Shown: positions 45,750-58,948 of the stretch, one piece after another
Layout: every line of letters begins with the position of its first letter
Numbering within the stretch: position 1 is the first letter of the stretch
Source: an uncultured bacterium
Lineage (GTDB): Bacteria > Zixibacteria > MSB-5A5 > UBA10806
Length of the DNA stretch: 64,000 nucleotides
Assembly: GCA_965541585.1 (NCBI GenBank)
Contig: CBEUCH010000003.1
Span: 64,001-128,000, forward strand
Direction: 5' to 3'
The notes under the pieces: model-generated
The model's database searches: none
Seen by the model: the letters and a program-made list of their open reading frames with translations, nothing else
What the model was told of the DNA's origin: nothing
Program-made: the position numbers and the translations under genes

Positions 45750-46004
45750 GTGTCGCCGAAATCCAGCAGCCCTAAAAAGCAGGATAGCGGGCAGTCGGGC
45801 TACCGGCAGGTTGCGCTGGCGACGACGATCCCGATCATTATGCTGGCAGCTCCTGCGGTCGGTTATTTTATCGGACAATACCTGGATCGATTGGCGGGAA
45901 CGGAGCGCGTTTTGACAGTGGTTTTTTTGCTTCTGGGTGTGGCTGCAGGCGGCGTGGAGACATACAGGCTAATCAAAGAAATCGTGAAAGAAGATAAAGG
46001 CTGA
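45750..46004 (+). CDS. AtpZ/AtpI-family (ATPase gene 1) membrane protein
   Basis: Two transmembrane segments, GYFIGQYLDR..GT..LLLGVAAG, first gene of the atp operon. Confidence 0.82.
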   Translation: MSPKSSSPKKQDSGQSGYRQVALATTIPIIMLAAPAVGYFIGQYLDRLAGTERVLTVVFLLLGVAAGGVETYRLIKEIVKEDKG

Positions 46005-46005
46005 A

Positions 46006-46401
46006 GTGGACCTACAGTTCGTCAATAGAGTAATCAAAACAACCCTGGTACTGGCAGGGTTATTATTTCCCTTCTTTGCCTTATACTTTAGCATGAATTT
46101 CGCTCTTGCGGTTCTTTTCGGCGCTCTCTGGGGATGCTTGAATCTTCTGGCAATCAGATTTATAGTTGTCAGCCTGCTGACCCCTCATAGGAAAAACCTC
46201 GCCCTCGGCTTAATAATATTATTCGTCAAATTGCCCGTTCTCTATGGTATCGGCTATTTACTTATTGCCTGGAATTACCTACCGATCGGCGGATTGCTGT
46301 GGGGATTCTCGGGGATCTTGATAGTTATGGTGCTGAAGGTCCTGGGACGGATGTATCTGGGTCTGGATAACAAGGTGAAAGCGAACGAAACTAACGTATG
46401 A
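46006..46401 (+). CDS. atpI: ATP synthase protein I
   Basis: Four-transmembrane protein of about 130 aa immediately before atpB. Confidence 0.75.
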   Translation: MDLQFVNRVIKTTLVLAGLLFPFFALYFSMNFALAVLFGALWGCLNLLAIRFIVVSLLTPHRKNLALGLIILFVKLPVLYGIGYLLIAWNYLPIGGLLWGFSGILIVMVLKVLGRMYLGLDNKVKANETNV

Positions 46402-47294
46402 ATAATCTTCTTTCCTCTATCTTGATCTCTGCAAAGCAACCGCGTCATGAGGCGGCTGATACCGTGTCAAACGTCGTTGGTCACATCTCGGAGCATACCC
46501 CGGAGGCGGCGGAACATGGAGCGGAAGCGGCAGCAGCTCACAGTCCTGAGTTTCCCAATATCATCGAAATATTGAATCACTATATCGCCAGCGATTTTAC
46601 TCAATTCCTTTTTGATTTTCGTATAGTGGTCTTCTCGCTTATTGTAGGCGCGATACTCTCGATTCTGGCCATTGCGGCCTATCGCAGGCGGTCTTTGATT
46701 CCGGGACCGCTTCAAAACTTTGTCGAATGGGTGGTCGAGGGCTTATCCAATATGGTGGTTACGGTCCTGGGTAAGCAGGGTTATAAATATGTCCCCTTTC
46801 TCGGCACCCTTTTCATTTACATATTCTGCATGAACGTATTCGGCCTGATACCGGGTATGTTCTCATCCACGTCCAAACTGAATACGACATTGGGCCTGGC
46901 TATCTGCGTATTTCTTTATGTGCAGTTTACGGGCATAAGGAATTTCGGTGTTCTGGGATATGTTTTTCACCTGATGGGTTCGCCTAGATCTATCGTGGAA
47001 TGGTGCCTGGTGCCGTTGAATCTGCCGCTGCATATTATTGGCGAGCTGGCCAGGCCGGTTTCGCTTTCTTTACGTCTCTTCGGAAATATAACGGGCGAGG
47101 ATATGCTGCTGGCAATTTTCGCCACTCTCGGCGTAGCGATAATGAGTTTTATGCACCTGCCTGTGGGAATACCGTTACATCTTCCGTTTATATTCCTAGC
47201 GCTGCTGACCAGTTTTGTGCAGGCTCTGGTGTTTACCCTGTTATCAACAATATATTTTTCATTAATGTCTCATCACGAAGAGGAAAGTCACTAA
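46398..47294 (+). CDS. atpB: F0F1 ATP synthase subunit a
   Basis: PGPLQNFVE, FIYIF..N..GLIPG, ARPVSLSLRLFGNI, QALVFTLL..IY. Confidence 0.97.
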   Translation: MNNLLSSILISAKQPRHEAADTVSNVVGHISEHTPEAAEHGAEAAAAHSPEFPNIIEILNHYIASDFTQFLFDFRIVVFSLIVGAILSILAIAAYRRRSLIPGPLQNFVEWVVEGLSNMVVTVLGKQGYKYVPFLGTLFIYIFCMNVFGLIPGMFSSTSKLNTTLGLAICVFLYVQFTGIRNFGVLGYVFHLMGSPRSIVEWCLVPLNLPLHIIGELARPVSLSLRLFGNITGEDMLLAIFATLGVAIMSFMHLPVGIPLHLPFIFLALLTSFVQALVFTLLSTIYFSLMSHHEEESH

Positions 47295-47305
47295 AGGAGG
47301 AATAG

Positions 47306-47527
47306 ATGGATCCTAAGACAGCAGTTCAATTTGCCCTGCCGCTGGCAGTCGGTCTGGCCGCGGTCGGTTCTGGACTTGGCCTCGGCCGCGCCGTTGGCGC
47401 TGCCATGGAGGCTATGGGACGGCAACCGGATGCTGCCGGCAAGATTCAGACCGGCATGATCATCGGCGCTGCGTTCATCGAGGCATTGACGATCTACGCT
47501 CTTGTTTCCGTGATTCTGATCAAATAG
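47306..47527 (+). CDS. atpE: F0F1 ATP synthase subunit c
   Basis: GxGxGxG helix, RQP loop, FIEAL. Confidence 0.97.
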   Translation: MDPKTAVQFALPLAVGLAAVGSGLGLGRAVGAAMEAMGRQPDAAGKIQTGMIIGAAFIEALTIYALVSVILIK

Positions 47528-47528
47528 C

Positions 47529-48035
47529 ATGGAGGAGATGACGCAGGCGCTGGAATTAGACTGGCGCATAATCATAACCCAGATTATAGGTTTCCTTCTT
47601 GCTGTATGGATACTTAAGGCCTTCGCCTGGAAACCGCTTTTAAAGATGCTCGATGATCGCAAGCAGAAGATCATCGGCGATATAAAGGAAGCGGAGAATA
47701 TCAAGTCCGACGCCAATAAGATGCTGGACGAGTATCAGTTGCAGCTTCGAGATATAGAGACCGAGGCGCGGGCCAAGATACAGGAAGCGGTCTCCGATGG
47801 AAATCGAATTGCGTCCGAGATCAGGGAACAGGCCCGGGATGAGTCCAGGCTGATATTGGCTAAATCGCGAGAAGAGCTCGCCAGGGATGTTGCCAAGGCG
47901 AGAGTTCAACTTCGCGATGATATGGCAAGTATGGCGGTCAGGGCTGCCGAGAAGATCATTTCGATCAAACTCGATGATTCCGAGCAGAAAAGACTCCTCG
48001 ATGATTTCTTGAAGGAGGTCGACCGGACTGAATGA
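47529..48035 (+). CDS. atpF: F0F1 ATP synthase subunit b
   Basis: N-terminal transmembrane segment, FAWKPL..LD.R..I, coiled coil, AAEKII. Confidence 0.95.
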   Translation: MEEMTQALELDWRIIITQIIGFLLAVWILKAFAWKPLLKMLDDRKQKIIGDIKEAENIKSDANKMLDEYQLQLRDIETEARAKIQEAVSDGNRIASEIREQARDESRLILAKSREELARDVAKARVQLRDDMASMAVRAAEKIISIKLDDSEQKRLLDDFLKEVDRTE

Positions 48036-48580
48036 AGGAAACGCGTGTTGCCAGGCGTTATGCCCAGGCTCTTTTCAATGTCGCCCTTTCGAGGGGAGCT
48101 ATCGATATCGTTGGGTCCGAACTGTTTCAGTTGAAATCCTTCAGCGAAAAAGATAAGCGGCTGATCGATTTTCTCAAGGCTCCGCAGGTTGTGACCGATC
48201 ATAAGATCGCATTGGTGAAGACTCTGTTCACCACGCGCCTGTCCCCGGCCCTGCTTTCTTTCGTTTTGCTTCTGATTAAAAAAGCGAGAATAAACCTCTT
48301 AACAGAGATCGGCCGGGAGTTCGAGAAGCTCCTCGAGGAACACAAAGGACTCATCAAAGCGCGAGTGACGACGGCGGTTGATATCGAAAACGATTACAAA
48401 GAGCTACTTGTACGCAAGCTCGAGGATATCACCGGTAAGAAAATCCGGCTCGTGCACAGGATAAACAAAAAAATCATCGGCGGGATAATCGTTCAACTCA
48501 ATAATAAAGTTATTGATCGTTCCGTGAGATTTCAACTAAGTACCTTAAAGCATGATTTGATGGCGTTGAAGGTTTACTAA
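48032..48580 (+). CDS. atpH: F0F1 ATP synthase subunit delta
   Basis: VARRYAQALF, A.VTTA, IIGG..V..VID.SV..QL. Confidence 0.95.
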   Translation: MKETRVARRYAQALFNVALSRGAIDIVGSELFQLKSFSEKDKRLIDFLKAPQVVTDHKIALVKTLFTTRLSPALLSFVLLLIKKARINLLTEIGREFEKLLEEHKGLIKARVTTAVDIENDYKELLVRKLEDITGKKIRLVHRINKKIIGGIIVQLNNKVIDRSVRFQLSTLKHDLMALKVY

Positions 48581-48592
48581 AGGGGATTATAT

Positions 48593-50107
48593 ATGGCGTT
48601 TCGACCCGAAGAAGTAAGCACCATTCTTCAAAAGGAAATAGAAAAATACGAGACCAAACTCGAGATGGAATCGGTGGGGACGATTCTGCAGGTCGGAGAT
48701 GGCATCGCCCGGATATGGGGATTGGAAGATGCCATGCAATCAGAACTCCTGCAATTTCCCAATGATATTATCGGGCTGGTTTTGAACCTGGAGGAGGATT
48801 CGGTCTCCGCCGCCATTTTCGGCGCAGATACTCAGATAAAAGAGGGGGATACGGTTAAAAAGACCGGCGCCGTGGCCCGGGTTCCGGTTGGTGAGGCCCT
48901 GGTGGGCAGGGTCGTGAATTCTCTGGGGAAGCCTCTTGACGGCAAGGGCCCGATCGTCACTGATAAGTACCGGCCCATCGAGGGCAAGGCTCCCAATGTC
49001 ATCAGCAGGCAGCCGGTTAAAGAGCCGGTGCAGACGGGGCTGAAGGCGGTCGATTCAATGATTCCGATCGGGCGTGGACAGCGTGAACTGATAATCGGTG
49101 ATCGCCAAACCGGCAAAACGGCGCTGGCCCTGGATGCCATCATCAACCAGCGCGACTCCGATATCTTCTGTGTTTATGTTGCCATCGGCCAGAAATCATC
49201 AACTGTTGCGCAGGTGGTGGAGACATTAAGAAAACATGGCGCCATGGAATACACAACCGTGGTCGTGGCCGGCGCTGACGATCCGGCTCCGCTACAGTAT
49301 ATTGCCCCTTATGCGGGTTGCGCCATCGGCGAGGAGTTCCTCTACACCGGCCGGCATTCGCTCTGCATTTACGATGACCTTTCCAAGCATGCCCAGGCGT
49401 ACAGACAGCTTGCACTTCTTGTTCGACGTCCTCCTGGCCGGGAGGCATATCCGGGCGATGTTTTCTACCTGCATTCGCGTTTGCTGGAGAGAGCCGCTAA
49501 ACTCTCCGACGAGAAGGGCGGGGGATCTCTGACCGCTTTGCCCATCATCGAAACCCAGGCGGGCGACGTTGCGGCTTATATCCCCACTAACGTTATCTCG
49601 ATCACTGACGGCCAGATTTATCTCGAATCAGATCTGTTCTATTCAGGCGTCAGGCCGGCGATCAATGTCGGTATCTCGGTGTCACGTGTCGGCGGAAACG
49701 CACAGGTCAAAGCCATGAGAAAGGTCGCCGGTCGCTTGAGACTGGATCTGGCACAATACCGGGAACTGGCCGCATTCGCTCAATTCGGCTCCGATCTTGA
49801 CGAAACCACGCAGAGGCAACTCACCAGGGGAGAGAGGACGGTCGAAATCCTGAAGCAGAATCAATATATCCCCATGCCTCTGGAGAGGCAGGTGGCTATC
49901 ATCTGGGTCGCAGTTAACGGTTATCTCGATGAACTCCCGAACGATTCATGTAAGAGATTCGAAGAGGAGTTTTTCTCCTTTTTGCAGAAGGACTATCCTG
50001 ATGTTCTTCATGATATATCAACGAAGAAAGATCTCGATGAAAACACCGAGGAAAAGCTAAAAAAAGCCGTACCGAAATTCAGGGATGAATTCAAGTCTCG
50101 ACTCTGA
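48593..50107 (+). CDS. atpA: F0F1 ATP synthase subunit alpha
   Basis: [47 protein letters not shown]. Confidence 0.99.
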   Translation: MAFRPEEVSTILQKEIEKYETKLEMESVGTILQVGDGIARIWGLEDAMQSELLQFPNDIIGLVLNLEEDSVSAAIFGADTQIKEGDTVKKTGAVARVPVGEALVGRVVNSLGKPLDGKGPIVTDKYRPIEGKAPNVISRQPVKEPVQTGLKAVDSMIPIGRGQRELIIGDRQTGKTALALDAIINQRDSDIFCVYVAIGQKSSTVAQVVETLRKHGAMEYTTVVVAGADDPAPLQYIAPYAGCAIGEEFLYTGRHSLCIYDDLSKHAQAYRQLALLVRRPPGREAYPGDVFYLHSRLLERAAKLSDEKGGGSLTALPIIETQAGDVAAYIPTNVISITDGQIYLESDLFYSGVRPAINVGISVSRVGGNAQVKAMRKVAGRLRLDLAQYRELAAFAQFGSDLDETTQRQLTRGERTVEILKQNQYIPMPLERQVAIIWVAVNGYLDELPNDSCKRFEEEFFSFLQKDYPDVLHDISTKKDLDENTEEKLKKAVPKFRDEFKSRL

Positions 50108-50140
50108 TTACAGGACGGCTCATATAAACTGGATTGAATA

Positions 50141-50998
50141 ATGCCTTCTCTTCGAGACATAAGACGACGAATCAGATCGGTTCAGAACACCCAGCAGATA
50201 ACCAAAGCCATGGAAATGGTCTCCGCTGCCAAGCTTCGCAAGGCACAGACCAGAGTTGAATCCGCTCGGCCGTATGGATTGAAGCTTCAGCAGATGCTGG
50301 AATCGCTGGCAGAGGCGGCATCCGGGCTGCATCACCCGCTGTTCGAGGAACGGGAAGTGAAAAAGAGGCTGCTGGTGCTTTTTACATCGGATAGGGGATT
50401 GTGCGGCTCTTACAATAGCAATATCGTAAGAACAGCAACGCGTTATCTTAAGGAGTCTGCGGCGGATTCGGTAAAACTCGGCATTATCGGCAAAAAAGCC
50501 TCGGATTACTTCAACAGAAGACCTTACCCGATCTCCTTTTCCATTACTGATCTGGGAGCGAATGTAGATCTGGTTCGAACTCGTCAACTGGCGACGCAGA
50601 TCACCGATATGTTTCAGTTGGGAGAGGTCGACGAGGTTAAGCTCCTTTATACCAGTTTTGTTTCCACGGTCAGCTACAGGATTACTCTGGAAAGATTCCT
50701 GCCGGTCGAAAAACCAGAATCGGCTACCGAAGGGATACCCTCCGATTATATTTTCGAGCCCGATGCCGATATGATTTTTTCGAATCTCGTTCCGAGCTAC
50801 TGTGTAACGAAGATTTTGCAGGCCATGCTTGAGTCTTTTGCATCGGAGCACGGCTCCCGCATGGTATCAATGGGAAATGCAACCAGGAACGCCGGAGAGA
50901 TGATCGATCACCTGACCCTTGTCAGAAACAAGGCACGTCAGTCTGCTATCACCAAGGAGCTTCTCGATATAGTCGGCGGCGTGGAGGCCATAAAATAG
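50141..50998 (+). CDS. atpG: F0F1 ATP synthase subunit gamma
   Basis: ITKAMEMVSAAK, SDRGLCG.YN, ASE..SRM..M..AT.NA, NKARQ..IT.E. Confidence 0.99.
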   Translation: MPSLRDIRRRIRSVQNTQQITKAMEMVSAAKLRKAQTRVESARPYGLKLQQMLESLAEAASGLHHPLFEEREVKKRLLVLFTSDRGLCGSYNSNIVRTATRYLKESAADSVKLGIIGKKASDYFNRRPYPISFSITDLGANVDLVRTRQLATQITDMFQLGEVDEVKLLYTSFVSTVSYRITLERFLPVEKPESATEGIPSDYIFEPDADMIFSNLVPSYCVTKILQAMLESFASEHGSRMVSMGNATRNAGEMIDHLTLVRNKARQSAITKELLDIVGGVEAIK

Positions 50999-51083
50999 AA
51001 AACAATTGACGATACTTGATTGGATATAATGAGGATTCAGGCGCAGGATTTCAGATAGAAAGATAAATTGAGATAGAGGTTAG

Positions 51084-52499
<1,416 letters not shown>

Positions 52500-52502
52500 G
52501 AA

Positions 52503-52901
52503 TTGTTCAAGCTCTCCGTCGTTACGCCCGAAAAGGTGGTTTTTGAACAGGATGTGCGCTCCATAGTGGCGCCGGGCAGCGAGGGCTATCTCGGCCTGCT
52601 GACGGACCACGCACCGCTTATAACAGCATTGAGTCCGGGCAAATTAACGGTTACCGACAACGCCGGCAATGAAGTTGATTATAGCGTCACGGGAGGGTTT
52701 CTGGAGGTCTCCGGTAATGTCGCCACTGTGCTGGCCGACGCCATAGAGGCTCCCGATGGAATAGATGTCGAGAGGGCCAGGCGGGCAGAGCAAAGGGCCA
52801 GGGAAAGGTTGTCCCGTCGGGCGGATTCCGATATCGACGAAATCCGCGCCGAGGCCTCTCTCGCCAGGGCGCTCAATAGACAGAAAATGGCCCGAAAATA
52901 G
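52503..52901 (+). CDS. atpC: F0F1 ATP synthase subunit epsilon
   Basis: VVTPE, G.LG.L..HAPL, GGFLEV, IDVERA. TTG start. Confidence 0.96.
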   Translation: MFKLSVVTPEKVVFEQDVRSIVAPGSEGYLGLLTDHAPLITALSPGKLTVTDNAGNEVDYSVTGGFLEVSGNVATVLADAIEAPDGIDVERARRAEQRARERLSRRADSDIDEIRAEASLARALNRQKMARK

Positions 52902-52930
52902 CCTCATTTGCGATATATTTTAGCGCCGGT

Positions 52931-53281
52931 TCAGTTTTTGGCCCAGAGACCGATCTGGTTTCCCTCCAGGTCTGCCAGAATAGCGAAATAACCGATCTCA
53001 GGCCCTATCAAAGTTTTACCCTTGACGGTTTTCCCGCCCATAGCTTCGCTATTCTTGATCGTGCTCTCGATATCCTCCACCTCGATGTAAAGAAAGATCC
53101 CCGCTTTTTCGGCGATGGCATACGCTTTAGAGAATCCGCCGCCAACCCCATCAGGGGCCTTGAAGGTGAGGTAATCCATCTCCTTCATGTAATCGAATTG
53201 CCAGTTGAACAGTCCGCCGTAAAAATTCTTGGCCTTCTCGAAATCTCCGGATGGAATCTCGATATGACATATTCCGTTCAT
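52931..53281 (-). CDS. VOC/glyoxalase family protein
   Basis: HIEIP..D.EKA..FY..LF.W, Y..V.DI, GGK, D.EGN.IGLW. SD GGAGG. Confidence 0.92.
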   Translation of the reverse strand: MNGICHIEIPSGDFEKAKNFYGGLFNWQFDYMKEMDYLTFKAPDGVGGGFSKAYAIAEKAGIFLYIEVEDIESTIKNSEAMGGKTVKGKTLIGPEIGYFAILADLEGNQIGLWAKN

Positions 53282-53397
53282 GATTCCTCCTCTATCTTAA
53301 AGGTTGGTATTATTATCATGTCGCAAGAAATTATTTCTGGTTCCATTTGTCAATAGTATTAATCTGAACATATAAAAGTAATTAAGTCTGAAGACTA

Positions 53398-53433
53398 GTA
53401 GATCGAGGATGTACTGTGGAGGCCCCGATCTAT
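53398..53433. repeat. Short GTAG-type inverted repeat (REP-like)
   Basis: GTAGATCGAGG..CCCCGATCTAT, resembling the element at 58897-58945. Confidence 0.4.
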
Positions 53434-53557
53434 AAAAAATCGCTTGTCATTTAATTGCCCCGGTATTATTTAACACCTGATAGTGGCGGCGATCCCTTTC
53501 TGTATCGACGCTACACCTATAAAGTAGCTTTGTTTTTAATAAACTCAAGGAGGATTA

Positions 53558-53965
53558 ATGAAAATTGTCGGTTATATGGAGGGCACCAACTCCGAGCTTC
53601 TGACGAATCTATTGCTGGAGGGCTTCGAAACCCTGCCGTTATCGAACGGCTGGGATAATCATGGGAAATATATCGCCCATATTAACAGGACTGATGGCCT
53701 CGCACTTGTAGTCGGGTACATACATAAATTCATTCCGCTTTCCACGGAATTCATGGTAGGTGAGGACATTCTGTCGTCTCTCAAAATATACAAAATTCCA
53801 ACCATTTTCATTGTACCCCGGGGTAAACAGGGAAAGGCCCAAAAATTATTGAAAGGCAAAGGGCTTATTTACCAATTTGCTGATCCATCCGATTTAACGA
53901 AGGCTGTTCTCGGCGTTTTGAAGAAGAGACGCCCCGCCAGGAAGAAAACCAGGAAGAAAAAATAA
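53558..53965 (+). CDS. Hypothetical alpha/beta protein with a basic C-terminal tail
   Basis: Strong SD AAGGAGG and a globular-looking sequence (GYMEGT..TLPLSNG.DNHGK..VVGYIHK) ending KKRRPARKKTRKKK. Confidence 0.75.
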   Translation: MKIVGYMEGTNSELLTNLLLEGFETLPLSNGWDNHGKYIAHINRTDGLALVVGYIHKFIPLSTEFMVGEDILSSLKIYKIPTIFIVPRGKQGKAQKLLKGKGLIYQFADPSDLTKAVLGVLKKRRPARKKTRKKK

Positions 53966-54119
53966 GACTCCCGGAATAAGCACCAATTTTTCAGAAATGG
54001 GTCTAGCCCCATTCATCGGTTGATATCCGAAGGGTGGGGTTTCTAATTCAAGCTCATTTCCGATGTCAGGCGAGAAAATGGGAAATCTGCGAAAATTGTG
54101 ATCCCTTTAAATATTTATC

Positions 54120-54174
54120 TTGACTCAAAACACAAGTTCATTATTATTGTGGCGTTTTGTGAAATTTTGAACAA
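54120..54174 (+). promoter_or_regulatory. sigma70-like promoter of gdhA followed by a Rex-like operator
   Basis: TTGACT-N16-TATTAT (54120-54147), then TTGTGAA-ATTT-TGAACAA (54157-54174), compared with Rex consensus TTGTGAA-N4-TTCACAA. Confidence 0.55.
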
Positions 54175-54284
54175 GCTCCGAGAGGGTGTTTGAAGCTTAG
54201 GGGTTAGGGAGTTTGTGTTTAGAAAGAATCCAAAATCGCCCTTCGCTTTCGAGGGGTTTGAGCGAACAAGATAAGGAGACATAG

Positions 54285-55625
<1,341 letters not shown>

Positions 55626-55704
55626 CTCCGGTATGCAAGGACAATTGGTGTGTGAAATGGTGATCGAGCTTTGATTCGATGCGTCTTAGGTGCAGGATGA
55701 GAGC

Positions 55705-55728
55705 GGCGGGTCATGCGGCCCGCCTTTT
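55705..55728 (+). terminator. Intrinsic terminator after gdhA
   Basis: GGCGGGTC-ATGC-GGCCCGCC-TTTT. Confidence 0.75.
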
Positions 55729-55903
55729 GATTAACGATTCGGATGTTATCCTATAATTGTCTGGACAACGCGCCTGAAATTTCGTAAATGAAAAGCTGCC
55801 GGAGATGTTTGGTCTGGACTTAAGTTCATTCCGGTTACATCATTTTCATGATGGCCGTTTCTCCGTAGATTGAATATTTGGAATCAATAACAAGGAGGAT
55901 GAG

Positions 55904-56500
55904 TTGATCAGGAAATTTGTCATCACAGTCTTATCGGTCGCCCTTGTGGCCGGTCTGAGTTTTGCCCAGGAGGAAGAGGAGAAAGTGGAAGAACAACCGG
56001 AGAAGAATCCGATCGTCAAGATCCAGACCAATCATGGCGATATTTATTTAGAGGTTTTCCTGAATGAAACGCCGATTCATGCTCAGAATTTCCTTTCCAA
56101 GGTGGATGAGGGGAAATATGACAGTCTTATCTTCCACAGGGTTGTGAAGGGCTTTGTCATCCAGGGTGGAGATCCGAGCGGTACCGGGAGTGGCAGCATG
56201 GGTCCTGAGCGCCTGGCTGATGAGAAGTCGCCCTTCCCGCAGGTTCGGGGCACGGTTGCCATGGCGCGTTCAAAACCGGGAGCATCCAACTGCCAATTCT
56301 ATATCAATCTCGGCGATAATACCCGACTTGATAAACAGGATTTTTCCTCGTTCGCCAGAGTCGTTCACGGGATGGACGTGGTGGATGAAATCAGCCTCGT
56401 CGAAGCAGCAGGTCCACAAGGGCAAACGCCGGTAGAAAAAGTAATTATGCATACGCTTTCCAGGGTTGACAAAATACCTGAAGTACCCGAGGGTGAATAA
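55904..56500 (+). CDS. Periplasmic cyclophilin-type peptidylprolyl isomerase
   Basis: Signal peptide, NF..YD..FHRVVKGFVIQGGD, GTVAMAR, QFYIN, F..V..GMDVVD. TTG start after SD AAGGAGG. Confidence 0.93.
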   Translation: MIRKFVITVLSVALVAGLSFAQEEEEKVEEQPEKNPIVKIQTNHGDIYLEVFLNETPIHAQNFLSKVDEGKYDSLIFHRVVKGFVIQGGDPSGTGSGSMGPERLADEKSPFPQVRGTVAMARSKPGASNCQFYINLGDNTRLDKQDFSSFARVVHGMDVVDEISLVEAAGPQGQTPVEKVIMHTLSRVDKIPEVPEGE

Positions 56501-56506
56501 GGGCTT

Positions 56507-57676
56507 TTGAAAAATATCGCGATACTGGGCTCCTCCGGGTCGATCGGCAAGAACGCCCTCTGGGTTATCAGCCGGTTCCCGGAGGAGCTTAGAGTTTTCG
56601 GGCTCTCGGTTCATTCGGATATCGAAACCCTGAATGAACAGATAAAGAGATTCAATCCTCAAATAGTTTGTATATCGGACAGGAAGGCGGCGCACCGTTT
56701 TCATTCGATAATGGTAGATAAATCTATTGATCTGTATTCCGAGCAGGAAGGGCTTGAGAAGCTGGCCTCTCATCCCGATGTTGATATCGTCGTCAATGCC
56801 GTAGTGGGCTTCGCGGGGCTTCGGTCGACCCTGGCCGCCGCCCGGGCCGGCAAGCGTATCGCGCTGGCCAACAAAGAATCGATGGTGGCCGGTGGCGATC
56901 TCGTGAACAAAACTGTCGAGGATCACAATGCCGAAATTATCCCCGTAGACTCCGAGCATTCTGCAATCTTCCAATGTCTCAAAACAGGCCGAAAAAGCGA
57001 GGTGAGAAAACTCATTCTAACCTCCTCGGGAGGGCCGTTTAGAAAACTTGCAAAAGAAGAGTTTGGCAAGATTACAGTTGAACAGGCGCTGGAGCATCCA
57101 ACATGGAAAATGGGCAGGAAGATTACAATAGACTCGGCTACGCTCATGAATAAGGCGCTGGAGGTGATCGAGGCAGTCTATCTGTTCGGGCTTCAGGCAG
57201 ATAGGATTGAAGTGGTAATCCATCCCCAATCCATCATCCACTCTATGATAGAGTTTACGGACGGTTCCGTTATTGCGCAACTCTCCCGTCCGGATATGAG
57301 GCTGCCGATACAATACGCGCTCTTCTATCCGGAACGTCGGGAGCTGAATACCGCCGATCTGAAGTTTGAAGAAGAGCTTAGGCTCAGTTTTGAGCCGCCG
57401 GACGGAAATCGGTTTCCCAGCCTGCGGCTGGCGCGCCTGGCTCTCGAGATGGGTAAGACGGCCCCAACCGTCTTTAACGCCGCCAACGAGGTAGCCGTGG
57501 AGGCCTTTTTAAGCCATAGGATAGGCTTTCAGGAGATCTTTGAGGTGGTTGAACATACGCTTGAGAATACATATATTGAAACCTCTGGAAGTATTGAAAC
57601 GATAATCAAGGCCGATAAGAGCGGTAGGGAGATCGCTTCCGGATATCTTTCCACTATTGAAGAGAGGGCTGATTGA
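56507..57676 (+). CDS. dxr: 1-deoxy-D-xylulose-5-phosphate reductoisomerase
   Basis: LGSSGSIG, ALANKES, PVDSEHSAIFQ, SGGPF, HPTW.MG.KITIDSATLMNK.LE, HPQSIIHS, NAANE. Confidence 0.98.
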   Translation: MKNIAILGSSGSIGKNALWVISRFPEELRVFGLSVHSDIETLNEQIKRFNPQIVCISDRKAAHRFHSIMVDKSIDLYSEQEGLEKLASHPDVDIVVNAVVGFAGLRSTLAAARAGKRIALANKESMVAGGDLVNKTVEDHNAEIIPVDSEHSAIFQCLKTGRKSEVRKLILTSSGGPFRKLAKEEFGKITVEQALEHPTWKMGRKITIDSATLMNKALEVIEAVYLFGLQADRIEVVIHPQSIIHSMIEFTDGSVIAQLSRPDMRLPIQYALFYPERRELNTADLKFEEELRLSFEPPDGNRFPSLRLARLALEMGKTAPTVFNAANEVAVEAFLSHRIGFQEIFEVVEHTLENTYIETSGSIETIIKADKSGREIASGYLSTIEERAD

Positions 57677-57740
57677 GACAAACCAATTATGGAAACTTTG
57701 AGATCCGGGAAACGTTAGTATATCAGGAAGTGCGTGAATT

Positions 57741-58823
57741 ATGTTTGATTGGATAATACCGTTTATTGCCATACTTGGGCTTCTGGTTTTCGTCCATGAG
57801 TTGGGGCATTTTATTGCCGCAAAAAGGTCGGGCATCAAAGTCGAGAAATTCTCGCTCGGATTTCCGCCGAACCTGATTTCGAGAAAGATCGGGGAAACCG
57901 AATACTGTATCGGCGCCATCCCTCTGGGCGGCTATGTTAAGATGAAGGGGGACATTTCCGATTTCGCCGATGATGACACTCCTCCTGAAGGTGAGCCCGG
58001 CGAATTCTTATCGGCTCCTATCTGGAAACGGGTAATAGTCATCGCCGCCGGTCCCATTATGAATTTCGTGACGGCGATTTTCCTGTTTTTTATAATGATC
58101 TGGGCCTGGGGACATTGGGAAATAAGGCCTGACTCCACTGAGGTCGGGGATATTATGCAGGATACCCCCGCTTTCCATTCCGGGCTGAAAGGTGGGGATG
58201 AGATCATTGCTATTGACGGTAATTTCTTCAAAGACTTCGAAGATATGGCGGCATATATCCGGGGTAGGCCGGATCGCGATTTAGTCATCAAGTATCGGCG
58301 GGATGGGATCGACAACCTGGTTACGGTCAGAACCAAGCAAATCGATTATGTCGATTCACTCGGGGTAGATCATTCGCGCGGATATGTCGGAATTGAACCT
58401 CTTTTTGATTTTTATTCGACCAGCTTTAGTCAGGCCTTGCGCGGCGCCCCCAGGGCCACAATTTTCTTTTCGGTATTTACTCTTGATATCCTCTGGAAAC
58501 TGATAACCGGGCAAGAATCGATAAAAAACCTTGGCGGTCCAATCATGATCGCCGACCACGCCGGCAGGGCCATGAGTCGCGGCTTACCATACCTGTTCAA
58601 TCTGGCGGCGGTTTTATCGATAAACCTGGCGATTTTGAACATTCTTCCGATACCGGTTCTCGATGGCGGCCATCTGGTCTTTCTGAGCATCGAGGCTATC
58701 CGCCGCAAACCTATACCGTTTAAAAAACGGCTTTTCTGGCAGCAGGTCGGCATGGGGCTCTTGTTGCTTTTAATGGTCGTCGTTACCTACAACGATATAG
58801 CCCGCCTGATTACGGGCGGCTGA
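57741..58823 (+). CDS. rseP: RIP metalloprotease RseP (M50 family with PDZ domain)
   Basis: HELGH, IPLGGYVKM, AGP..N, PDZ domain, LGGPI.I, NILPIPVLDGGH. It follows dxr. Confidence 0.95.
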   Translation: MFDWIIPFIAILGLLVFVHELGHFIAAKRSGIKVEKFSLGFPPNLISRKIGETEYCIGAIPLGGYVKMKGDISDFADDDTPPEGEPGEFLSAPIWKRVIVIAAGPIMNFVTAIFLFFIMIWAWGHWEIRPDSTEVGDIMQDTPAFHSGLKGGDEIIAIDGNFFKDFEDMAAYIRGRPDRDLVIKYRRDGIDNLVTVRTKQIDYVDSLGVDHSRGYVGIEPLFDFYSTSFSQALRGAPRATIFFSVFTLDILWKLITGQESIKNLGGPIMIADHAGRAMSRGLPYLFNLAAVLSINLAILNILPIPVLDGGHLVFLSIEAIRRKPIPFKKRLFWQQVGMGLLLLLMVVVTYNDIARLITGG

Positions 58824-58896
58824 ATACCTATCTTTAATGCTCAACAATTATTATGGGCGGCAGACCCTGAAGCCTGCATTTCCTGAAAGCGGCGGC

Positions 58897-58945
58897 AGCA
58901 GGTCGGGTTTTATCGGGTAATGGCTCTCGAAAAACCCGACCTACT
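58897..58945. repeat. Inverted repeat between convergent genes (REP-like, or bidirectional terminator)
   Basis: AGCAGGTCGGGTTTT..AAAACCCGACCTACT. The right arm reads GTAGGTCGGGTTTT on the minus strand. Confidence 0.6.
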
Positions 58946-58948
58946 AAT

